A stretch of DNA of 63,846 nt, counting the filler, from Choristocarpus tenellus KU-1152 (Eukaryota > Protista > Phaeophyceae): assembly GCA_964200185.2 (NCBI GenBank). It is 12 parts of 12 records of this genome, joined end to end, with 100 filler letters (N's around TTAATTAATTAA, not from the genome) between each part and the next. Parts side by side here need not be neighbours in the genome. Positions count along the whole stretch, not along the records: positions 23,198 to 28,610 come from CAXNAD020010863.1; positions 28,711 to 40,475 come from CAXNAD020002151.1; 10 more parts are not named here. One strand, 5' to 3'. Of the stretch, positions 25,596 to 37,895 are shown piece by piece; the first letter of the stretch is position 1; each line of letters begins with the position of its first letter. The translations under genes were made by a program, and so were the position numbers. Below the pieces are notes generated by a model. That model was not told the origin of the DNA and made no database searches. It was given only the letters and a program-made list of their open reading frames with translations.

Positions 25596-26063
25596 TGTGG
25601 TGTCAATTGGATCGTCTCTAGATAGGATCATGGGAGTGGACTCCATGTACAAGGAAAATGAAAACGATAAAGACATAATGCGATTCATTATTTTTATTTC
25701 AATTCAGTACTTTTTTCACATTAGTCGGAGATGATCCCGACCTGTGGTCAGAGGCAGTAGTACTACTTCTAATACTATATACACGCTATAAGAACACGAT
25801 AATGAGATTAGGCCATTTATTACTTCTAAATCTATTAATATTTGTCCCACATTAGTCGGAGATGATGTCGACGTCCAGTTAGAGATACATCAGGACTTCG
25901 ATGGACTTTTCCTACTACTATCTACACGCTGGACTACTTCTCGTACTAACTACTTCAATCATGTTGGACTAGGTTCCTGCCTTGTTTCTAGCGCGTTGGG
26001 TTACCACTCCCACAGGTCGCCCTCTATCATATACTAGCTACTGACTAGAGATGTTACACTACA
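25596..26063 (+). mobile_element. Putative solo LTR
   Basis: Ends TGTGGTGT...ACACTACA (TG..CA, 7/8 inverted match) with flanks agta/acta. Internal direct repeat cacattagtcggagatgat at ~25717 and ~25848. Shares ctacttctcgt-ctac/aac-ctact with ~44850. Confidence 0.45.
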
Positions 26064-26953
26064 ACTAAAACTATAATTCCACTGCCTCCTTGTATTCCTG
26101 TCTTGTTCCTCTCACCTGTTGGGTTAAACAGTCTCCCAGATCGTCCCGACAGTCTATCTTCTCACTCAAATTTTCTCCTGGAGCCACCCCAACCCCAAAG
26201 GTCTTCCTCGTCCATCTTCTCTGACATTTTTGTTGGTAGACAATGGATAGGATATTTTCGAATACAATCATCAAAATCAGATTCTGCTGAAAAGAAACCC
26301 AACCTCACCATAAGTAAAACTCACTAAACTTCCAATATATATCTAGGAGCTGGAATTGAGAAGAACAAAAGAAATTATGTAGTATTTTAAATACACAATT
26401 CAAATACTGAAATCGGATGGTTTTTATGGTTTTACTTGTCCCACTTTACACAACACATAACCCACAATACAAACCGTTATACCATGCTCTGACACTCACA
26501 TACCTTGCACCACTGGCAGTCAAGGGTCTACCTCTCACTAGAGCTGTAACTTCTGGGGGGTCTGAGCTTCCATCTGCAAGGCTCTCGTATAATCTTTGGC
26601 CTTACCTGCAAGTTGGTGCTTTGCAACAGTAGATTGAGGATGGACTCAGAGCAGCAAGAATTGAGACCCAAGTTTCCTGAGCACATCAAGCGCAAGAGAG
26701 TGTGGTGAGGAAAGGATTTTGTTTTGATCCGGGATCTGAGGGTGTTGTTCGACTGGAACACCAAGGGCTGCATGTTATTTTTATATTTTATATATTTTTC
26801 AGCAATTCATAACATGGTGGATGGGAGTCCAGAAACACCTCCCTCCTTAGTCTATTGACACAATACGAAGATTCCAAGCCGCCTGCACCGTAAACACAAT
26901 CTTCCACCTGTGTGCCCATATATATTATGTTAATCACCGTCAACTTAATGCAG

Positions 26954-27985
26954 GCATCGAATAGGTTACCTCGTGGTCAATACCATAGTCTTGACCCTGC
27001 TGTTCGCTGCTCCACGGACGGTGCTCTGGGACTTGACCGACACATCCCTTAAACCAAGAACTTTCTTTGTGGTGTTAATAGCGATATTGCTCGAGCTTGC
27101 TGGCTTCTTTGCCGTTCAGGTGTGTACGCCACGACCCTCATATAGACATATCCAGTCTCTGTCGTGTTACCCTTTTGGTTTGTATGATACCAATTTGGTC
27201 AGGTTGCCAACACGCATCACATAACGCCAATGCAAATGGAGCGTGCGCTCCCCTTTTCAGCTCTTCAGGCACGGGGGTCAGAGAATCAAGGCTGGGTTGA
27301 TCCTTGGATAAAAATTAATACGTGGGTGTGACAGCAACCTCCTTTTTCGACCACACCACAATAGTGATGGCATGACCTCTCTTCAACCATACTCCGGTGA
27401 AGTCGACCCTAACCAAACCCCAGAGTTGGTCGTACACACATTCCATTGTTTACCACCGTGTATGCTATATCTAGCCAGGTTTACAATATGTGTATGCAGG
27501 GCAGTGAAGAATATGTCGCGAATGTATCTGAGAAACAAGCTTCCTAGATGACCAAGAGAAAAAATGACCCTCGATCCCAATTTTTGTCTAACTTCTTATT
27601 GCAAGGGCTCAGACCCGGGATATATATCACATGGCATGTGCACCACCGCATTGGGGGAGTCAGGGAACATCGAAGATGAGGGAGAAAGCCTTCTAGAAGT
27701 GCATTTGAGGGACACTGATGTTGGTTGGCATGCAAAAAAACGAAGTGCAGGAGGGGGAGAGGCAGAGGGGGAGACGATGGCATTGGAGATAGGGGGTCCT
27801 CAATTTTTCCCTGGAGGACAGCAAGAGGGTGAGGAGAACATGGCTGGGGTCAGGGGTACAAGGATGAGGGGTGAGGGACAAAGGGATGGAGCTTGTGCAT
27901 TAATCGAAGACTCTGATGGAGGAGTTGTTACGGGGGAATGGAAACAGGTTCTTCCCGAGAAAGCATTGCAATGTTCAAATATAAG
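26954..27985 (+). CDS. DHHC-type palmitoyl acyltransferase, N-terminal part (exons ~26954-27119, 27606-27985)
   Basis: Two hydrophobic segments (YLVVNTIVLTLLFAA; FFVVLIAILLELAGFFAVQ) splice in phase 0 to GSDPGYI, the DPG motif that follows TM2 in DHHC proteins. The DHHC cysteine-rich domain itself is not seen before the contig end. Confidence 0.6.
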
Positions 27986-28710
27986 GTGGGTTAAAAGACA
28001 CACAAGGCCCTATTAACATGTGATGGCATAGAAATAGAAATGTGTTCAGCCCGCCCTCCTTTCATTTGCAATGTTGCATATTTTTTAGCAAAATATTATC
28101 TTTCCCCTTCAAATATGGAGTCTTTCTAGACTTGAGAGAGGGGGACCTCTTGAGTGCAGTAAGGGTACAGGAGTCTTCTAACTAATAATAGCTTCGACAG
28201 GCCAATTTGCTGCCCTTCCATCCCTTGCGCGTTAGCCTATCCCAGCCCTTGTTTGTCTGCATCTAGTGTCACCTCTACCATGCTTCGTGTGTATGTGTGC
28301 CCCCCCTCCCCCTCTAAGAACTCTAAAACGCACAAAGGAACGGCGATGAGCTCATAGTTGTAAAAAGTAATGAAAGGATGGTAGTAATTAATGTTGATGC
28401 ATGGTCTTTGTCAGAAATTTATCAGAAATTTATCAGAAATTTATGCAAACGGCCGCGCGCACTCTAATAAAAAAAATTATATTATTATTATTATGTATAG
28501 TTTCCTTGCTCACAAACAAGGTTCAGAGTTTTCGTGAGACTTTTTTTTTTTTTTTTTTTTTTTCTTTTCTATATATATAAGCATAATTAAAAGCATTGTT
28601 TTTTGTCCTTNNNNNNNNNNNNNNNNNNNNNNNNNNNNNNNNNNNNNNNNNNNNTTAATTAATTAANNNNNNNNNNNNNNNNNNNNNNNNNNNNNNNNNN
28701 NNNNNNNNNN

Positions 28711-28972
28711 CAATCAGTGACGAAGGGCATTTGCACTGGTTGGTCATCAAATGGAATGGAGGGCAATCAGTGACAAAGGGCATTTGCACTGGTTGGTCAC
28801 CAAATGTGGGGATGGCTGGCAACCAGTGACAAAGGGCATTCGCACTGGTTGGTCATCCAATGGGGATGGCTGGCAACCAGTGACGAAGGGCATTCGCACT
28901 GGTTGGTCATCCAATGGGGATGGCTGGCAATGAGTGACGAAGGGCATTCGCACTGGTTGGTCATCAAATGGG
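28711..28972. repeat. Tandem repeat, ~5 copies of a 53-56-bp unit
   Basis: Unit ggcaaccagtgacgaagggcattcgcactggttggtcatccaatggggatggct. Copies start at 28762, 28818, 28872 and 28926, with a truncated copy at 28711. The array runs into the gap. Confidence 0.95.
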
Positions 28973-29239
28973 GAATAGAGGATAGAGGAATAAGAAAATG
29001 GGAATGTGCAAAATAATAATAATAATCCAGAATTCGTGAGCAAAACAAACTCTTCCATTTCCTTCTATATTACCTTTTTTGAACCATTATTTCAACACTT
29101 ACTCCGCGATCATTATCAATAATTGTTTACACTTAGAAGTGCCGATATATTTTCTCCCATTTCCGATCCTACTCCCTTTCCCTTCCTTCTCTTCATTGGT
29201 CTTTGAAAGGTGGCTCTTTTGTGGTGTTAGATGTGAAGG

Positions 29240-29620
29240 TAGCAGTTCTACCGCACTCAACAACTCTGCAGTGAGAAAGCCTAACGCAATACGAGTGCAA
29301 GGGCCTCCACCCGGGTGTTCCAACGTGGGCCTTGGGTGGGAAAATGGCACAGTATGTGGAAGATGACTTGGACGTGAGTCGAGGAAGGCGTCAATTCGTC
29401 CAATTTGGAGAACTCACGTGAAGAGGGGAAGACAATTGTTTTCAAGTAGTTACCCTCGCCAATTGAGTTTCTCATTCGATCCATGATGGAGGGGATGGTG
29501 CACAGATCACATCTTGTATAGTGCTTGCGTGATGGCATGGTCTTGTGAAGACTATTTTGTGCTTGTACACGACGCTGATATTATATCAAGATTGAATTCC
29601 CTTTCCTGACACATTCCCTG
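29240..29620 (-). pseudogene. Possible hAT transposase relic
   Basis: Minus frame VQAQNSLHKTMPSRKHYTRC...GPRWNTRVEAL resembles hAT motifs (GVQA...P-x-A-x-Y-x-H-C; TRW-x-x-R-x-x-A). Heavily decayed. Confidence 0.35.
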
Positions 29621-32600
29621 TTGCGGCTCTGCGTCTCAGCTTTGTAGAAGTCAACACGATGATCTGGTCGCCTCGTTCTTCTCGTCAAGCAATACACTCC
29701 AGAAAATTCCTGTGCCGGATCTGCAACCCCTCACAGGAGATAGGTTTCAGCCAAGACCTTCAAGACAGACCCCTACGAGGGTTTCGGTTTCCTTAGCACA
29801 ACTAGACAAATCGGAGGTTTGAAATTGGAAGAAGGATTACTGTACTGTGCGTGGGGTTGGTTCGAAAGTTTTTTTTAGGTTTGCGGTCCTTACTTTTATG
29901 TGCTTCTGACGCCCTCTCATTATCGTTGTGGTAAGGTGAATGCTTTATCCAATTTCCTCCTCTAGGGGTGGAAATTCGCACACACCTTTTGGTTTCGCTC
30001 TTTGCCTAGTTTCTGTGTTCCTCAACTCTCTCGCATCTGGTTTAACTGGGCAGTAACATCATCAAATGATGGTTCTAAAGTGTGTTCGTTTTGTCTCCTA
30101 GCGCCACGACCTACAAATACGTTACCAATGAAATCGGTGTTTGTGTAGTGCACATTCACAGCGCAGATATAACGTGGATCGCTGGATTACAAATTCCTTC
30201 ATGACTGTCTAAGCGTATTGTCATTGAGACATGTTGCCGACGTTGTGCTCATCTTTTTTTTATGTGGAAGAGTCTCTCGTTCTGAGCGCCCAGGTGTCTT
30301 CAGATCATTGTTTGCCTTCTCCATTATCACTCACATAGCTCCTTTAGGTTCACTTGGAACTATAGCATTGCTCCCCTTCACCATTGATGCAAGTGAATTA
30401 TTCCTGCGGAGACCTTCCACAATAGTGGTAGTTCTTTCTCCCTTTCAGACATATAGGGTGGGGGGGTGGTACCATTAGTATATGTTTGACTCTGGACGGT
30501 GTTTTTACTGCAGTTGGCGATTACTCCGCTCCGATGACTAAAATCCATGCAGCATTTTGGTTTCCCCGTTCTCCTTTCGCAGGATTTAAATCCAATGTTC
30601 TTCAGATTTATTTTTTTTGTTGAGAAAATACCACGCTTTAATGTTGAAACCATGTCTAGCCTCTCTCTTCTTGTCTGCTCTCATTCCCCCTTTGCCTTTT
30701 TTGTTTCAAAGGATCAAAACGAGGACAATATAGAGGTAGCCCCATCAACATCAGGAGATGGGAGTCGATCTAGCTCCATGTCAAGCATGGCAAATGACTG
30801 TGGCGGTATTCCCTTCCGAAAATTCTTGGAGGTAATTCAGGTTCCGGTTGGAATTAAGAAATTTTTGAGTGAAAGTTCTTTTGGTTTATGAAGCAAAGAA
30901 AGGAAGTTCAACATGTTTGCAAGAGAGCTGTATTTTGTATCCTCTTGTGATCTCTGAACCGTATCGATTAACCTCCACTCAGTGCTGTGCCATGCGGTGT
31001 TGTTGTGTACCTCAGTGGATATCTTCCAGAGTTTTTACAGAGCGAAGTACAGGGCTGGAATCATGGTGCTGACTTTTGTCTTCTTTTTCATTCATTAGTG
31101 CTTTCAGTTGTATGCTCTATTTGATACGCTGATGTCCCATCCCAAAAGACGCAGAAAAAGCAAACGCCTTCCAAGCCTTGAAATGACAAGGTTTTGAGGA
31201 AATTATTTCCTGCAATGAAGAACGACCCCAACAGGTCCACAGATTCCTTTATCAGTGATGTTGATAGTCCATGTCATCAAGAAGTATTATGTGTAGAGCT
31301 CTTCTTGTCAATGGATATGATAAGTACTTGAGTGCCATTTTTCCTCCCAGTATTTTATGCTATTTTGACACACATTTCCTGCAGTTGTTTGATGTGAGAT
31401 ACTATCACTGCCTTTTTTTTTTTCTTACTTCAAAATAATGAAAGGTATGTATCATCCCTGAACCAGGTATTTCCAGCGTTCTCCATGCCAGTTCAAACTC
31501 AGTTCAAGGACAATGGGTACAAGTTCACTGGGGGTGGGGGGGGGTATGTTGGAAGACACTGTGTAACGATGCACAGCTGTTAGTTGCTCTCTCTTCTCAT
31601 TCTTTGCTTTTTTCCAGTTTTGATCTATTGCATTTTTTGTCTTTTTTACATCTCTGCGATGCTACATTGTGAAAACACATTGGAGAAACCTCAGTCATCA
31701 GGTGAAACAAGAAATTTTGGTAGTAATACATAAAATATCCTGAACAGGTGATGACAGGACCTGGATTACGGGTCCGCAAGCATAAGAAAATAGGGAACGG
31801 GAAAGCTACCGTGCGAGTCCTGCGATATTCACCAGGGGAGGACTGCGTTTATTGGAACTCACAAATACTCTTCGTATCCAATATTCACAAGGTTCCAATT
31901 GCAGAAATCAAGGTCAGAGAGAATGGCACACTTTTATTCAGACAGACAGGGCAAAATGCAGATGTACATAGATTTTTTAGAAGCTGGATTTACAAAGGTG
32001 TCAGTGGGGGATTTTTTTTTTTGATGGAATGTGTTTCCTTTCCATGTTTTGAAGTTTTCTTTCTTATCTCTTTTGTTGCTGCTTTCTTTTTTTTTAGAAA
32101 GCAAAGCAGAATTTGTTTTGTTTTTTCGTTCCAGAATATTTTTCAAAGTCTTGTCAGGGGGAGGACTGACCCCTTACCAGCTGGGGCATATTTTTTAATA
32201 TACTCTTGCACACAATTGTCATTCGTTTCAAAATAGAATCCAAACATTATGTTTTTAATTTTTTTTGTTGAAAAAAATAATAGGAAAGAAATGACTTATT
32301 CTCTACTCTCACACAAACCCAGTTTTTCATAGGCCCCAACAGTCATCTTGCTTTTGTTTCAAATCATAATTTTTTTTTTCTAGAAGTATTGCAACCAATC
32401 AATGGGGGTCAAGAACATCAAAAATATATATAAGACAGCAGTCAAGAAATATTCCTCCGTCCCCCTGTCAAACTGGATGTTTGAATATTTGTGTCCGATG
32501 TTTTTTTATCGTGCATGTGAAATATATTCTTACCCTAAAGTTATTTATGTAGGTTAGTCTTGCAGGATGAACGCACCCCAAACATTGGCCTAACCTTTGA

Positions 32601-32819
32601 CAAGAATGCCTCACGAGTATAACTGTTTCTTGTTTGTCAGGGTGGAGGGGGGGGGCGGGGGCGGGGGCGGGGGGGTGATGTTCTGTCGGCCCCTGTTGTT
32701 GTGTTGGTAGGAGTGTCACTAGTTTGCCATTGTTTGGAGTAACAGCTTGAAGCACAATGAGGGAGACAGGGAAATCATCCACTTGGATTGGCCTCGTTTA
32801 GCATCCCCTCACTGGTAGT

Positions 32820-35200
32820 GAATTGCGTTATAATACAATACTTTTTTGTATGCCCTGCCCGTTTGCAGCATTGGTAAAAGTGTTTTTTTTTTGCTGTTGG
32901 GTAGGGTATGCTGTAAAAAAGTTCAGGATTAAATGGTTGGTGACTGATTGCACTTTTGCTATAATTTCCTGCCGGCAGAGTGGACAAGAACATGGTGGAT
33001 GGTGTGAACTATTATGGAGTTTTGATAAGTGCCAGAATTGGTTATTGGAGGACAGCTTTTGATGAGATATGGGATTGGGATGGTTAAGCCCACCATGCAA
33101 GAACATAGTACATACTAGAGGACATACCATTAATGTGTTAGGGTTTTAGTAATTCTGAATACAGGTCAAGGTAGTCCGGGTGTAGTGAGATCAGTACAAA
33201 TACTGACAATCTTTGTGAAGGCCCCTAACTTCCTATGTAACTGTGTTGTGGTTGTGCTTCAGAGGGTGGAGATTCTGCCAAACAAAATGGTGGTGGTGAC
33301 CTGCAGCAGCAAAAAGAAAATTCCTCTGGTGTTTGAGGTTTCGAAAGAGGATGCTGCTAATGTGCTTCATGCAGGTGAGACAACCTTTGGACGGACTCCT
33401 CTATTTTTGTTTTGGTATACATGTAATGTATACGGGTCAATGTATCTGGGGGGGGTGCTGTCATCCGTTTTTGACCCTGGCTTAACGTATGTAGGGGGGG
33501 TGGCAGCTGTCCATTTGGGGCCAATTTTCATGTCGCGATATTTGGGTGATTTGGTTCCATGCGTTGGATGGATATTGAAAGTGCACTTTTCCTGGTTTTG
33601 GTCTTAATTGACACTGTGGTGTAGACCCCCCCTCCCCCCAGATACTTTGGGTCATACTAGAGTGGTTTTATGTAAGGGCCTTTCAAAGAGACCTTTGCTA
33701 CCAGTTTTGATCGAAATGATTGAATGGTGAGTTTTGTTTTTGTCTCAAGTGTGTATGCGTATATGTACACAGGCTGTGTATGTCTTTGTCCTGGCAAGAG
33801 CACTATGTTGGGTTCTTAGGAATATACACTTCAGATTAGGGTGGTGGGGAGGCGGTACAAGGGTTAGAGTTGTGTTCTTAATCTAAGTGGAACTGGTTCT
33901 CAATTTTTTGACAGTTGCAAGTCTCATCATTATGAATCTATTTTTTTGTTCATTTATTGTGATATTGTGATTTTTCAAGAAGTACCTGAATGTAACTCTG
34001 GCTTCAATCAATGGAACCGAAAGACGTGAGGAGGTTGAGGTACGATGTGTACGGAACGCAACCTGACTTGTAAACATGAAATCCTGTTGGCATGTGCACA
34101 CCATTCCCTTCACAACTGCTTTTGTTGGCGAGAAAATGCTGACCTTAACCCCAAAAAGTCTTAGGAGGCGGGTGATCTCGTGTTGTGCCCTCCTTGTGAT
34201 CCTAGCGTCATGGGCTGCGAGGGTGTGGACCTCTGGACTAGGTGCGGGGGTTGTTGTTCCCCCCCAGGATACCCAGCCTTGCTCAATAATTTCTGCTCAG
34301 AGTGAAAGTAAAATCAAACATCAAATATAACATTTTTTTTTCCATGTGATTTTTTTCTTTTTTTTCAAGTTTTTTTGGGAAAAGTATAAAATATTGGTTT
34401 TGCCGAAAGATCAAGAATGAAACAAAGTATTTTTGTCGGTTAGAGTGGCCTTTTAAACCCTAACCCTTATTTTACCATGTATCATACCATATCCCTACCC
34501 CCCCCCCCCCCCTTCCCCCACCCTTGCTGACACACATCCCTCACACACAGACTTGACCCCAAAACTGAGTTCAAAAGTAAAGAAATAGCTTTTTTTTTCT
34601 GTTTGTGCTGCAGGCCTAGAGAAATTGAGAGAGCTCATGGTAAATCGGCAAAATGCCCTTACGTAACATCTTGTCCCAGTGGAGGAGATACACGGGTCAA
34701 GGTGGAGGACACCGAGGGGAAGGATGGGCAGGAGAGATCAAAAGTGGTCTGTTCCCGAAAAGGCAGGTCAATTCAATGTGGTCGTTAGGACTTTTAAGTG
34801 TCGTGCTTTTTATCGGGAGACTGCTTCAGGCCATCAAGTCTGTGCAGGTTCTCCACGATTCTGGTCTGGTACTCGGGGGCACCAAGGTAATAGAGGGGGG
34901 ACTCTCCTCACTTTCGCAAGTCATGCATTCCTGTTGTCCCTGACTAGTATTTTGTGGCAAGGTTTGAAGGGACTTGACATGTTTGGCACATTGGCAATAT
35001 GTCATTTGGGTTGGGAAGGGGTGAGGTGTCTGGTCTCCAGGTTGTTTTTTGTTTTGTGTGTTCTCGTGAAGGATTGATGATGTCGGCTGCAGTGCAGGTT
35101 GATGATCAATGCCTTGTGCACCTCCCACATACAATTGGAAGTCAAGTGTTAGCAACGTTGGGAGACAGTGACTGCATGGGGGATGAGAGAGAGACAAATA
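32820..35200 (-). pseudogene. Possible Mutator/MULE transposase relic
   Basis: In minus-strand order: FPTQMTYCQCAKHVK (MULE C-x-x-H), RKGILPI, VCTCQQDFMFTSQVAFRTH (SWIM-like) and QCCKRAGHTKKYC (zinc knuckle). Broken by stops and a MITE. Confidence 0.45.
33434..33653 (-). mobile_element. MITE family B compound copy with ATAC target-site duplication
   Basis: Outer end gggtcaatgtatctggg at 33434, second end ggcttaacgtatgtaggg at 33479, right end cccagatactttgggtc at 33653. atac on both sides. Confidence 0.9.
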
Positions 35201-37269
35201 TTGCGATTTGAACTTTATTGATCAAGTCTCTTGTGTTGTGATAAGGGTACGAAATTCGAGGGGTTCATTTCAGTGTATGCATCTGCCAACTACTGTAAAG
35301 GGGGAAAAAATGGCCCATATTTCCCAAATTTGAAAATCGGTTGTGGTTTAGCGGAATGATTCACCGGTGAAACACTTGAACAGTAACTTCCAGTATATTT
35401 CGCTGTATGCTTTCCGGCCTGGCACTGATGTATCTCCCACCAACTCACCACCCTGGTACCTACCGTGATTCAAACAATGCTCAGCATGATGCATGCATCA
35501 TGTCTGTGAAGGGTGAGGGTAGTTGTTGCTCTGTACAGTCTGGAAGGATGTGTGGATTGTGGAAACTTTTGATTCTGTGTAGGGGTAGGGGGTACGGAGT
35601 TTATAGTGATTGGTGTCGTGAAATGCATTTTGATTACGTGTTTTAGTCTTTTGACGTAAGACTGCAGGGGAACATATAGGAGTATGTGTGATTTGACCTT
35701 GATGGTGGATCAGTATGCCCTCCTTGTGAAGATGGGGTGTTTATTTTTTTTTATATTTCATCAGGAAAAATACACCCAGTTTGAGTAAGGTTTTTTTTCT
35801 GTTCAAGAAATTGCTGTTTGTGCCTGACCTCATCTTGCGTGGTTTTTACATGCTTGTTTCTTCAACAAACATGCAAATTATGATTTTTTCCTATTTTTTG
35901 TAAACTAGTTTGGTGTAATTTCAGGAGTGGTTGCAGAATTAACTAAGTTGTAGAAGTAAAGATATACTTCGTGATTAGTGCTTATCTTTTTTTTCAACAT
36001 AATACAGGTGTGGAATCAGAGCTCAATTTCACAGAGCGAGCTTTTCCTCACTGTAATACATACACTGAGTCAAACCAAACAAAGCCATTATCAAAAGAAG
36101 GGCAGAGAGTTGTTTATGATGACTTTTGAGTACATGGAGTGATTGGGAGGTTTGTGCTCAGACTGGTTGCACAAGGGCTCACTTGTTTTCACTTTGAACT
36201 AAATCAAGGTCCTTCGTCGCCCCTTCAGGGGTGTGCCCAGGCCAGGAATGCAACATGGAGTCGCTTCAGTCAATGTTGTACTTGAATAGAAAAAAGGAAT
36301 AATATTGAGGGCTGTTCTTGTCGTCTTTTTTTCCATTTAACAATACATTTTCCGAATCATTGGAAAATGTTGTTCACTTGTGGAGGTAATATGTTGACAT
36401 TTAGGTTCTAGGCTCTCCATTAACAGGAAAGAATATTCAAGTCATTATACATTGTTAGTCGTTATAGTGATGTCATAGGAAAAGGAAAAGCAATATAAAT
36501 GTCTATGTTAAGGGGCCTGGTTCTGTGTGATGAGGGGTGATGAGAACCACCAGAGATGAGGTTCAGAAAGCAAGTGAGAGATGAGACAGAGGCATGCTGG
36601 GCGTGTGTTGACAGGCTCAGAGTGCCATTTGGATCAATCTTCACTGTGGTTGGTTGTGACCAATCAGAACAGAAAACACAATCTTGGCATTTGCTGGTTT
36701 GAATCCACTGTTCATGTTAGGGTTACTGCGAGCCAGTCAGGCGTCTGACTCACACCACATCAGTTGGGGTGGTCTCAATGGTAAAAGGTAATGTGCACAA
36801 GTGTATATGAATGCACGTATTGTCCTAATCAGTGTTGGAAATCCCAAAAAGGTGACCTGTCACTGACATGTATAATGGATTTGTAATCTTTCAAGTCCAA
36901 CAGACCTGTCTTTGTGTGTGTTAAGGATCAGTTAAATAGAGTAAGGATAACAACTGTTGAGTTCGAAAACCACAAGTCAATACAGCTCTACCTATCTAGA
37001 CCTAGCAGTCAATTTTGACACGCCACTCTCAGATATCACCTCTCACACATGGTACTAGGGAAATGTAAGAGAGATGTTGTGTGCGTCCCCAACGGCTAGG
37101 GTTTGAGGAGGGTAATTGGTGCAAAGGTGACTGGAATGCTTTTTGTTCAGTACATAAACATACTCCTGATCCTCACTATAATTGCAGACATAAGGGACCA
37201 AGAGGACCTAAGTACACGTTCATCGTTGGTGGGATATTTGAGATTGTAATGAGGTTTTCTTTCAGCATA

Positions 37270-37890
37270 AGGCCTTTGCTCAAGGACAGCATGTTCCGCG
37301 AAAGATTTTGTATGGACTTCCGGTCCTTTCTTGCACTGTGCAGTCTGTTTCATCCTTCTCTCAAATGGGAGAAGAAGATGAACCACTTCTGGACTGTTCG
37401 AGGGAGTGGGTACTTGCCTGTGGGTCACAGTTTCTGGGTGATGGCCGAGTTGATGAGATTATGAACACCATCATTGCCAAAACGATGGCATAGTTGATGA
37501 CCAGGAGGGTTGTCCTTGCGTTGACCCAAAGTATCTTCGAGGGTAGAGCCGCATCCAATGTTGCGATTTTGATGTAATTTTGGCTATCGTGTTAGGAATT
37601 GTCAATATCCATATTTCAGACACACCTTTTCATAACGTATACATTTTACCTACTCCGAAACGTTTTGGAGTAGGAAAATGTCATTTTAAAAACCCATGGG
37701 AAGCCAAGTCCCAAATGGATAAACAGGGCAAAACGTGTACCCTCTAAGATACTTTCACTTGTTCATGAATTTAAAGGAACTTGTGCTGGACTGATCCTTA
37801 GATGACAGGATGGACCGTGCCGTGGTGTGTGGGTGTAGTTTGCGGACTGTTTGTGGGCATTAAACGTCTCTCCCTCAATTCTGATTTGGT
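37270..37890 (+). pseudogene. PIF/Harbinger transposase N-terminal relic, interrupted
   Basis: DSMFRERFCMDFRSFLALCSLFHPSL resembles F-x-x-x-FRM-x-x-x-x-F-x-x-L. EWVLACGSQFLGDG resembles L-x-x-x-LR-x-LA-x-G. Frameshifted and interrupted by a family A MITE. Confidence 0.5.
37523..37760 (-). mobile_element. MITE family A copy with short internal deletion
   Basis: Runs gacccaaagtatcttcgagggtag...taccctctaagatactttcactt. Lacks about 20 bp around the ttgggggtcaaaa segment. Confidence 0.9.
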
Positions 37891-37895
37891 ACCTA

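Noticed and set aside
28711-28972. CRISPR-like array
   Set aside because: Whole units repeat with no unique spacers, there are no cas genes, and the context is eukaryotic.
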